Shown: positions 10,300-19,671 of the stretch, piece after piece
Layout of the letters: every line of letters begins with the position of its first letter
Numbering within the stretch: the stretch's first letter is position 1
Assembly: GCF_006345805.1 (NCBI RefSeq)
Contig: NW_021823579.1
Span: 1 to 22,146, forward strand
From: Octopus sinensis
Taxonomy: Eukaryota
Reading direction: 5' to 3'
DNA: 22,146 bases
The notes under the pieces: generated by a model
Told to the model about the DNA's origin: nothing
The model's database searches: none
Seen by the model: the letters and a program-made list of their open reading frames with translations, nothing else
Translations under genes and position numbers: made by a program

Positions 10300-10383
10300 G
10301 CGAACTGTAACATCTGTTACCCTTCACTCGCCCTAGGACGCTGGATGTGTCTCGGCATGTGACTGTAACAAATATGCAGTGTA
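10300..10383 (+). mobile_element. Very short 3'-end remnant of an R4/Dong-like element
   Basis: GCCCTAGG-GACGC/TGGAT/GTGTC-type hairpin (10337-10351) followed by TCGGC, the same architecture as the other R4 3' UTRs here. Followed ~33 nt later by a long (TAA)n. No clear coding remnant. Confidence 0.5.
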
Positions 10384-10415
<32 letters not shown>

Positions 10416-10438
10416 TGATGATAATGATGATGATGATG

Positions 10439-10480
<42 letters not shown>

Positions 10481-10493
10481 TAATAATAATAAT
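10384..10493. repeat. (AAT)n-(GAT)n-(AAT)n microsatellite (element tail and target)
   Basis: Direct reading. Confidence 0.95.
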
Positions 10494-10786
10494 TCTTTTC
10501 TAGCAGTTCGGTAACATTTTGTCTATCAGAAGTTGGTCTTTTGTCCCTCGGTTTTACCTTCTACACATTTTCTGTTCCTCTGGCAGTTTGTCATATATTT
10601 CCCAGAAGTAACACACATAATTAGATTTTATTTCTGTCATCAACTTCCGCTTGTGGCCAGGCAGGTGATAGGCCGGTAATTGTCCACTGCATTGCCTTTG
10701 CTGACATCCTTTTGGCAAAGAATTATTCTACTTGTGATCAGCCAGTTTGGGATATGAAACACATGTTTTGATCATTTGGTCCCAAA
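10494..10786 (-). mobile_element. R4/Dong-clade RT N-terminal fragment, inverted
   Basis: Minus strand reads [42 protein letters not shown]...LPEEQKMCRR*NRGTKDQLLIDKM (RT domains 1-2), homologous to 14930-15190. Confidence 0.9.
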
Positions 10787-10796
10787 AGTAAAGAAA

Positions 10797-11386
10797 AGTA
10801 CTACCCGAACAGACTACTGAAATGTTACGAACATAAACCAGGAGGAGTGACCGAGAACAAGGAACTTAAGGTACAGTGGGATTTTACGATCCAATGTGAT
10901 TCCTAATCGAGGCACGGAGACCAATAAAGGAAAGAAGGAAACGAAGATCATAGATATTGCAATACCTAGATATGTGCGCATAAGTGACAAAGAACAAGCA
11001 AATATTGAAAAATAGAGACTACTAAAAGACGAAATTGCAAGTATGTGGACTATAAGGAGAGTATCTGTCATTCCAGTAATTGTAAGGGCACCTGGAGCAC
11101 TAGCAACGAAGTTCGAGAAATATGTCAAAGGAATTGAAATTGACATGAGAGCAGAGCAAGGCTCTAAATCTACTCTGTTGGGGACAGATAGGATTTTGTG
11201 ATTGGTACATGGATTTCGAATATATTCTACGATAAATATCAACCAAGTATAAAAGTTTATGATATGCGGAAAGATACCTTGTGAGACCTCTGACGGTATG
11301 CTGCTGTCCGTTCTCACAGGATCTACCAGAACAAACAAGACAGGACGTTCTAAAAATTAAATCAACAATAACAGCATCAATAATAA
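10797..11386 (+). mobile_element. R4/Dong-clade RLE fragment plus 3' UTR and degenerate AAY tail
   Basis: Reads KCYEHKPGGVTENKELKVQWDFTIQCD...EARRP/[deletion]/NKGKKETKIIDIAIP...KDEIASMW...VIPVIVRAPGAL...LLGTDRIL. Ends CAACAATAACAGCATCAATAATAA. Confidence 0.88.
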
Positions 11387-11460
11387 CTTGTTGTCTCTTG
11401 AGGTCTCTCGGTCAGACATGGAGTCAACTTGTATAAATACAAGGCAAATGTTAAACGTAT
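11387..11460 (+). mobile_element. Orphan 3'-terminal ~74 nt of R4 subfamily X
   Basis: Diverged copy of 12341-12413 and 19281-19353 (TTGTCTCTTGAGGTCTCT.GGT.AGAC.TGGAG.CAACTTGTA...). Confidence 0.85.
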
Positions 11461-11488
11461 AATATTTATGATAATGACAATAATAATA

Positions 11489-11521
<33 letters not shown>

Positions 11522-11530
11522 GTGAGGATA

Positions 11531-11565
<35 letters not shown>

Positions 11566-11596
11566 AATAGTAGTAGTAGTAGTAGTATTACTACTA

Positions 11597-11635
<39 letters not shown>

Positions 11636-11672
11636 ATAATAATAATAATAACAACAATAAAAATAATAATAA
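11461..11672. repeat. Compound microsatellite AAT-GAT-TAG-CTA-AAT
   Basis: Direct reading. Includes a (TAG)n/(CTA)n inverted junction centred at 11588. Confidence 0.95.
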
Positions 11673-12185
11673 TGCATCAAGAACGGATTTGACAAAGCAA
11701 AAACTTGACAGCAAAAAACCGAAGGCATCATCGAAAATGATAATACAAAGATCGTATGGAATTTTATTATTCATTGCGTCTATCAGATAGAGAATAGGAA
11801 ACCAGACATAACGTTAACTGGAAAATAAAGCAAATGAAGTTGGATAATAGATATAGCATGCCCAGCTGACAAAAAGTTATGAGATGTGGAAGAAAGAAAA
11901 GTCGATAGATATAACAGATTTGCTTGGGAAGATAAGCAGTTATGGTCGCTGAAAAAGGTGGTAGTAGTAACAAAAATTGTCGGAGCCCTGGGAACAGTGA
12001 GTAAAGTCTTCAGAGGTACATGGAACAAATAGGGACTGCAATAAGGGTGGAACGCTTGCAGATAACAGCACTGTGTGTACATGCACGAATACTCCGGATG
12101 GTGTTCCAAAGTTAAGTTGTGTTACCTTACTTCACTCTTAGCGAAGAACCAACACCGCATTAGAAGCTGTACAATGAGAGTAAGA
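11673..12185 (+). mobile_element. R4/Dong-clade subfamily B, 5'-truncated RLE plus 3' UTR
   Basis: Reads EGIIENDNTKIVWNF...NRKPDI...WIIDIACPAD...EERKVDRY...LWSLKKVVVV.KIVGALGTVS...RILRMVF. Closely similar to 15890-16391. (TAA)n tail from 12186. Confidence 0.9.
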
Positions 12186-12212
12186 TAATAATAATAATAA
12201 TAATAATAATAA

Positions 12213-12249
<37 letters not shown>
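12186..12249. repeat. (TAA)n tail
   Basis: Direct reading. Confidence 0.95.
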
Positions 12250-12410
12250 TTTTTTTATGTATTAGACATTCACTAGTACAACACCAAAAAAACCCAAATA
12301 TATATAGCACACTAGGCATATTAACAGCGTGAACTTCCAGCCTGTTGTCTCTTGAGGTCTCTGGGTGAGACTTGGAGCCAACTTGTACAGGCATAAAGCA
12401 AAAGTCAAAC

Positions 12411-12413
<3 letters not shown>
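12250..12413 (+). mobile_element. Orphan 3' UTR of R4 subfamily X
   Basis: Near-identical to 19197-19353 (TTAGACATTCACTAGTACA...GTGAACTTCCAGCCTGTTGTCTCTTGAGGTCTCTGGGTGAGACTTGGAGCCAACTTGTACA...GCAAAAGTCAAACATA). (TAA)n on both sides. Confidence 0.92.

Positions 12414-12480
<67 letters not shown>
12414..12480. repeat. (TAA)n tail
   Basis: Direct reading. Confidence 0.95.
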
Positions 12481-12482
<2 letters not shown>

Positions 12483-12690
12483 TTCAGACAAATACATAAC
12501 AAAAACACCAGGACTTACAAACACATATAACATACAGAAAATTGCACTACTAGGCACTGCACACATCCTACGCAGAACACTTTCCATACAATAACCATCA
12601 GAGCATCACAACAAATCACAGCACATACCCAAGGCACACAGAGCTGCGTCGGTAGTGAACTGAAAGCACGTTATAAAAATAAAACTACTG
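12481..12690 (+). mobile_element. R4/Dong-clade subfamily C, extreme C-terminus plus 3' UTR
   Basis: Reads YSDKYITKTPGLTNTYNIQKIALLGTAHILRRTLSIQ* (stop 12592-12594), then a UTR with CCCAAGG...TCGG, then an AAT tail. Confidence 0.88.
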
Positions 12691-12733
12691 AATAATGATA
12701 ATAATAATAATAATGATGGTGATGATGATGATG

Positions 12734-12771
<38 letters not shown>

Positions 12772-12864
12772 GAAGAAGAAGAAAAAGAAGAAGAAATAGT
12801 AGAAGAAGAAGAAGAAGAAGAAGAAGAAGAAGAAGAAGAAGAAGAAGAAGAAGAAGAAGAAGAA
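12691..12864. repeat. Compound microsatellite AAT-GAT-AAT-GAA
   Basis: Direct reading. Confidence 0.95.
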
Positions 12865-13530
12865 ACCATCCCCATTACAAGAGGAGTATTCTAGGGAGAA
12901 ACGCTCTTCACTCCTTTTCTTCTTGGCACTGACCTATATCTGACGTGATAAACAGAACTGGATGCGGATACAAGTGTTACGGCAAAACAATCAGCAATCT
13001 ATTAGATATGGACGTGCTGAAACTGTACGCTACAAATGATAAACTGCTGGAAACACTACGACAGACAGTACATGGATTTACCAAAGAAACAACCATGAAA
13101 TTTTGCTCAGAAAAGTGTGCCGAAGCAACCTTGAAAAAGGGAAAACTAGTTAAGAGTAGCATCATGACACTAGATAAAGCAAATGAAATAAGATAATTAG
13201 ACCAAAGCCAGACATACAAATATTTAGCCATCAAGGAACTAGATACGGTACAACGCACACAAATGAAATAAAAATTTTGAAAATAAGATAGACGATTTAG
13301 ATTAATACTAAAAAAAAGTGCTCAATGCGAAAAACAAGATAATAGGTATCAACACTTTAGCCGTCCCAGTTATAAGTTACAGCTACCATAGCCTTAACTG
13401 GACACTAAAGGAACTAATCAAAATAGACAGGAAAACACGAAACATAATGGCAGGATTTAAGATGCAGCCCCCAGAATCTGACATAGAAAGTTTATATATA
13501 CAACGTATAGAAGGTGGTTGAAGGTGGTAT
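12865..13530 (+). mobile_element. R4/Dong-clade RT core/thumb fragment with no 3' end
   Basis: Reads IPITRGVF*GETL (QGD motif), LLDMDVLKLYA (YMDD motif, mutated), KCAEATLKKGK, TYKYL, LNAKNKIIGINTLAVPVISYS, DIESLYIQRIEGG. Confidence 0.9.
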
Positions 13531-13619
13531 TATTCATGATAAAAATTATAAAAATAACATCAGAAAATAGATTGAATATATAGTAATTTTACACAAGGAT
13601 AAATAAATTAGGACAATAA

Positions 13620-14160
13620 GAGGTTTTTCATACTCAGGGATATTACTAAATCCGTATTGAATTCCATCATAAGAATTTGTCATGGAGACACAGCACTCTC
13701 TACAAAATATCTACTACGGAAAAGTTATCTTAATATATTACAATATAAAATCAGCTAAAGTATACTAACTGAAAATATAAACATTTCTCTACCATGGTTA
13801 CAAAAACAGCGAATACATAACCAAAAGCGGACGAGATTTGATTATGCATGGCATAGAGAAAAAATTCACTAAATGTCACTGCAGACTTAGGAAATTTAAA
13901 TTCCATTTCTATGTGAAGTACAAACAAAAACAAAAAACTGCATGTTTTTATTGTGTTGAATCAAAAAAAAAAGTCATCTTATACATATGAGTCAAATGAA
14001 AATATCAAGTTCGAATAAAATTAAGCAAATACCACGAAGCATATTCTATTCAATCAACATCTATATATTACCCTGTAACAAAGAATAAATACACATAGGT
14101 CTTACCAAGAAATGGTAAATGACATAAAACTTACTAAATACCAAGTTAAACATGAACATT
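13620..14160 (+). mobile_element. Possible ancient CR1/L2-like LINE C-terminal relic
   Basis: One stop-ridden frame gives GILLNP...YITKSGRDLI..IEKKFTK..RLRKFK...NT.RSYQEMVNDIKLTKYQVK, loosely matching DLGV..D...SPY.K.DI..IE.VQRKFTK...RL..L...N.WNSLP.EVV...L..FK.KL. Weak. Confidence 0.33.
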
Positions 14161-14364
14161 CAAGAGAAAAAGTTGCACCCAGAAAATACAAAAATAAAAA
14201 CAACCCAAAAGCTTAACTTTACATGATTATTGTATCAAAGAAAACGCAATAACAAAGAAAGTTCCATGTAATAAAAATTCTACTTCCTCGTATATGACAA
14301 TTCAGCATGCATATGAAGAAAACTGGAAAAGAAACGCTTATGGAAGAATGTAAAAAGGATAAAC

Positions 14365-14453
14365 ATGATGATGATGATAATGCTGATGATGATGATGATG
14401 ATCATCATCATCATCAAGCACATCATTTCCCTCCTCCTCATCAATAATAATGC

Positions 14454-14487
<34 letters not shown>

Positions 14488-14624
14488 AAGAAGGTGAAGG
14501 AGGAGGAGAAGAAGAAGAAGAAGAAGAAGAAGAGGAAGAAAAAGAAGAAGAAGAAGAAGAAGAAGAATGTGAAGAAGAAGAAGAAGAAGAAGAAAAAGAA
14601 GAAGAAAAAGAAGAAGAAAAAGAA
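14365..14624. repeat. Compound microsatellite GAT-CAT-CCT-AAT-GAA
   Basis: Direct reading. Contains a perfect 30-bp palindrome at 14387-14416. Confidence 0.95.
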
Positions 14625-14630
14625 TGTACA

Positions 14631-16391
14631 GATGAAAACTTGATAACAATGAAACTCAAAGGTTTTGGAGTGACATCTGGAGCAAAGACAAGGAGCACAA
14701 GAAGGATGATGAATGGTTGCAAGTACTGAAACAAGCAGTAGTCTGCCCAAAAGAGGCAGAACTAGTAATTTCAGGTAGGGAAGTGAAGGAAATCAGCAAA
14801 AAAAGAAAAATGAGCAACTGGAAGGCCTGGGAACCAGATGTAGCTGAAGGTTACTGGTGCAAAAGATTTGAGGAATGTCATGCACGAATAGCTGCACAAC
14901 GCAACAACTTGTTAAATGCCGACCAAGTAATACCAGAGTGGTTGATATTGGGTAGGACAGTGCTGTGCTTGAAATACATCGAATAAGGCAATACAGTAAA
15001 CAATTGCAGGGTGATATCCTGTTTGCTACTTATGCGGAAGTTATTGATTGGAATACTCAAAGAGTCAATGTACGAACATCTGGAAAGAAAAGGGCGTCCT
15101 ACCACATGATCAGAAGGGTTGCAAGCGTAAGTGTAGAGGTAGCAAGGATCAAATCCTGATAGACAAAACTGTACTTAGGGACTGCAAGAAGGGGAAAAGT
15201 AATTTAGCCATGTCATGGATCGACTTTCGTAAGGCTTGCAACAGAGTTAATCACATGGACAGTAGACGAACTAAACAGCTTAAACAGAAAGTCAAGGAAG
15301 TTGCTATCTAGATATGGGGCACTCTACTCAAAAACTGAGACGGACAGACTGTATGTACCACGAAAAAGAGGGAGAAGAGGACTTATTGGATGTGAACGTA
15401 GCATTAGATCAGAAGAAAACAACATAGTATGGTATGTAAAAAATACCAAAGAACCGCTATCATTTGAATTAAGAAGGTCAGGCTTGTGTAGGATGGAAGA
15501 TTGCGAAGATAAAACATTGTACAAGCAATTGAAAACGAATGAAACTGAAAATAGGTGGGTAAAGAAATGAATGCATGGTCTATTTCATAGGGATGTTAAA
15601 GATAAAACAGACAGAGAAAAAGATGGTTGTGGATGACGAAAAGGGATTCAAAACCGGAAACAGAGGCTCTAATCAGTGCTGTCCATGCGCAAGGCCGAAG
15701 AACAAACTACATAAAATACAGAATAGACAACACATCAGAAAGTGATAAGTAAAGAATCTGTGGACATAATGGTGAAACCATATGGCATATTACCAGCCAA
15801 TGTACGCCACTAGCCCGCGGAGGAATGTAAGAGCCATAACAATATAGCCAGGTTGTCCATTGAACACTCTGCAACAAGTATGGACTTGACAGAGCCAAAA
15901 ATTGGTACGACCACCAACCCTAAGTCATCATTGAAAATAAAAATGCAAAGATCATATGGGATATAATGATTCAGTACGACCATGAGATAAAGAATAGGCA
16001 GAGAGTCATAGTCTTAATTGAGAAAGAAACAAACTATGTTGGATCATAGGTATTGCGTACCCAGCTGACAACAAGGTATGCGATAAGGAAGAAAGAAAAG
16101 TCAAGAGATATGACAGGTTAGATTGGCAGGTTAAGCAGTTGTGGTCGATGAAAAAGGTAGCAGAAGTACCAATAATTGTCGGGGCCCTGGGAACAGTGAG
16201 CAAAATCTCGAGAAAAATGTGGAACAAATGTGGGCTGCAGTAAGGGTGGAGCACTTGCAGGAAACAACACTTTTTTGAACCACTCGAATACTGCGGAACG
16301 TCCTCGAAAAATAAGAGGTGTTACCTTAGTTCACTGGTAGTGAATAGCTGACACCGTAGTACATCTAGAGCGTTAGAAGCTGTGCAAAGGC
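14631..16391 (+). mobile_element. R4/Dong-clade subfamily B element with the RT core deleted
   Basis: Reads QRFWSDIW...MSNWKAW..D...GYWCK...IPEWL.LGRTVL...[19 protein letters not shown]...WIDFRKA, then jumps at ~15256 to WTVDEL...DRLYVPRKRGRRGL. CCHC relic *RICGHNGETIWHITSQC, RLE IIG(D)IAYPAD...PIIVGALG. 3' hairpin 16330-16344, (TAA)n tail. Confidence 0.93.
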
Positions 16392-16442
<51 letters not shown>

Positions 16443-16533
16443 TAATAAATAATAATAAGATGAAGAAGAAGAAGAAGAAGAAGAAGAAGAGAAGAAGAAG
16501 AAGAAGAAGAAGAAGAAGAAGAAAAAGAAGAAG
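16392..16533. repeat. (AAT)n then (GAA)n
   Basis: Direct reading. Confidence 0.95.
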
Positions 16534-19146
16534 ACTGCCAAACCTACAAAAACTCGAAGTTTAAAAAAAATATATAATATGAAAACCATACTTATCATTG
16601 ATACCATCATGCAAAAGGTACGTGCTAAAGCTGTCCACATAGCAAGTTATCAAGAGCGCGTTAGTTTCTTCAAGGGCAACAACATGTTCAAAAATAACCC
16701 TAAAAATGTTTACAGGAAGCAAGGGAAAATACCAGTTACAGTAAAACCTGTCCCATCGAAAGAAGTATTCATCGAAAACGCGCAATGAAAAAGCCCCTTG
16801 GATATTTACAGATTTAGACTCCTTAGAGGAGCAAAAGTGGGTGTCAAGGTAGAAGATACAAGATCTACTCTCAGGAGGTCAAGCAAATGGAAGTCTCCAG
16901 GAAAGGATAAAATTCCTTACTTCTGGTTGAATGCATTCTAAAAGAGCCATGAACTGCTAACAAAACTTTACAAGGATGTTTTGCAACATCCTAGTATGAT
17001 GCCCTTTTGGCTAGTTAATGGTTTAACATTCCTACTTCTAAAAATGAAGAAACACATGAACCAAAAATGATCGACCCATAACCTGCTTAACAAAAATGTA
17101 TGAAATGCTAACATCTGCCCTGACTGAATATACCTATAGTTTTTTAATAGAAAGTAGCATATTCCCTAATGGGCAAAAATGATGTAAACGTGGATCATAT
17201 GGTTGTAATGATCAGCTACTCATCAAAACGATGATCTTAGAAGATTCTCACAAACGACACAAAAACTTGTCAATAACCAGGATAGACTATAAAGCAGCCT
17301 TTTGATAGCATACCATATAGCGAGATTAAGAAATGCCTGGAAATGTATAAAATAGCGCCTACTCTGCGAAATATTTTGTCTGTAAGTATGAGATCATGGA
17401 GAACCACACGAACTTTGAACTGTGACAATGGATCTCTAAATGCTGGAGATGTAAATATTTCAAGTGGTATTTTCCAGGGTGACTCTCTATCACCACTCCT
17501 CTTTTGTTTAGCCTTAATACCTCTCTCAAAATTGCTCAATGATGCACAGTACGGATATAAAATGTTTGATAAAAATTTAAATCATCTCATTTACTGGATG
17601 ATTTAAAGCTCTTTGCAAAAAAATGACCGACAACTCAAGGACTTACTAGCGATTGTTAAACAATTCAGTGATGACTTCAGAAAGCAATTTGGTCTCGATA
17701 AATGTGCAAAAGCTAGCTTTATCAAAGGAAAAACGACAGAAACATCTAACGTCAGCCTTGATCAGCAGAATTCCATAAAAGAGTTGCAACCGGCGGAGAG
17801 CTACAAATACATAGGAGTAATTGAAGAGGACGGAATCAAACATTCAGTGATTAGGGAAAGGATCAGAAAAGAATGTTATCACTGGGTGAGAGCAATACTT
17901 AAGTCAGAGCTGAATGCAAGAAACAGAATCGAAGCAATCAATGCTTTAGCCATATCAGTCGTGACTTACAGTTTCAATATAATTAGCTGGTCAGTTATGT
18001 AATCTTGAGCGAAATATAAGAAAGCTGTTGACAATGCATAGAATGCACCACCTTAAGGCAGATATTGCTCGAATTTATCAGCCAAGAAAAGAAGGACATC
18101 ATGGACCTTTACAACTGCATACCTACCTGAAAAGCTCTGAGGAGTAGATGTTATAACTTGTCTCAAATCATGAAAACAAGAAAGCATCATACTCAGTAAC
18201 AGGTAAATGAATATCTAAGTGACTTCCAAATTCAAAAATCCAGAATTAGTCGCACTAGAAACAAGCACCGAAAAAGCTAAGCGCATGAAAACCCGTGCTA
18301 AAATTGCTGCCTTAGATATTCTGACAGATAAATGGCAAGAAAAACCTCTCAATGGCAAATACCCAAAGAGAGCAAATAATGCCAATGTTGACAAAGCCCT
18401 TACTCAGCAATAGCTAATGGCTTCTGGCTTAAAATCAGAAACAGAAGGGTTTATCATAGTAGCCCAAATCAATGCCTACCTACAAGGAACTACCAGAACA
18501 ACATATTAAAAAAAAACGGTAGCTTCCCAACATGTGTATATCTACAACAAAATGAAACCATTGATCACGTTGTCTTCAAGTGCAGTCTTCTAGCGCCTAC
18601 AGAATATCTCAACAGGCATGATAAAGCTGCACAATATATCCACTACCTGGATTAGCCCCATGAAAAAACTGGTGGTAACACAAACGACATCCAGTGCTTG
18701 AAAATGACCACATCTCACTCCTCTGGAACTTCACCATTCAAACTAACAGAAAGATAGGTGCAAATAGGCCAGACATCATATTGAAAGACTTCAGACAAAG
18801 AACATGCCTCCTCATTGATATGACTGTCCCAATCGATATAAACGTATCCCAAAACTGAGCAAATATAAAGATCTTGAAATAGAAATCAGCAAAATGTGGA
18901 ACCTGAAGACTAAAACAATACCTGTTGTCATAGGTGCCCTGGGAATGATAGCAAATGGGACTGGTTGCTATCGAACTCAGATACCAGGAAACCCCAAAAT
19001 GGCAGAAATTCAAAAGATAGTGCTCATGAGAACTGCTCATATCCTACGCAAAATACTTTCTATATAATCTCAAGGTTTAAAACAAACATAATTTTCGGGG
19101 TTTTTTTCTTTATTATTTATTTATTTTTTAATATTTAAAAGTAAAC

Positions 19147-19197
<51 letters not shown>

Positions 19198-19353
19198 TAG
19201 ACATTCACTAGTACACCACCAAAACAAGAAAAATCCCAAATATATGGCACACTAGGCATAAAAACAACGTGAACTTCCAGCCTGTTGTCTCTTGAGGTCT
19301 CTGGGTGAGACTTGGAGCCAACTTGTACAAATATAAGGCAAAAGTCAAACATA
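16534..19353 (+). mobile_element. R4/Dong-clade subfamily X, longest copy (~2.8 kb; RT, CCHC, RLE, 3' UTR), pseudogenised
   Basis: Reads NNMFKNNPK.VYR, KWKSPGKDKIP.FWL, RPITCL, RIDYKAAFDSIP, GIFQGDSLSPLLFCLAL, frameshifted Y-DDLKLFAK (~17590), FGLDKCAK, YKYIG, C..ETIDHVV.KC, RHD, RPDIILKD...CLLIDMTVP, KYKDLEIEISKMW...IPVVIGALG...HILRKILSI* (stop 19065-19067). Many stops and frameshifts. Confidence 0.96.
19148..19197. repeat. (TTA)n tract inside the subfamily X 3' UTR, antisense to the tail
   Basis: Direct reading. Absent as an expansion in the orphan copy at 12250. Confidence 0.9.
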
Positions 19354-19376
19354 TAATAATAATAATAATAATAATA

Positions 19377-19421
<45 letters not shown>

Positions 19422-19527
19422 GTGGTGGTGTGGTGGTGGTGGTTGTGGTGGTGGTGGTGGTGGTGGTGGTGGTGGTGGTAGTGGTGGTGATAGTGGTGGT
19501 GGTGGTGGTGATGGTGATGATGATGAA

Positions 19528-19585
<58 letters not shown>

Positions 19586-19609
19586 GATGATGATGATGAT
19601 AATAATAAC

Positions 19610-19668
<59 letters not shown>
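19354..19668. repeat. Mirror-ordered compound microsatellite AAT-GAT-GGT-GAT-AAT
   Basis: Direct reading. Confidence 0.95.

Positions 19669-19671
<3 letters not shown>

Noticed and set aside
12865-13530. Idea that this RT-core fragment is the piece excised from the subfamily B element at 15256
   Set aside because: Its boundaries do not match the missing interval (it starts at the QGD region and extends to the GG-RG motif), and the overlapping thumb sequence differs from 15300-15390.
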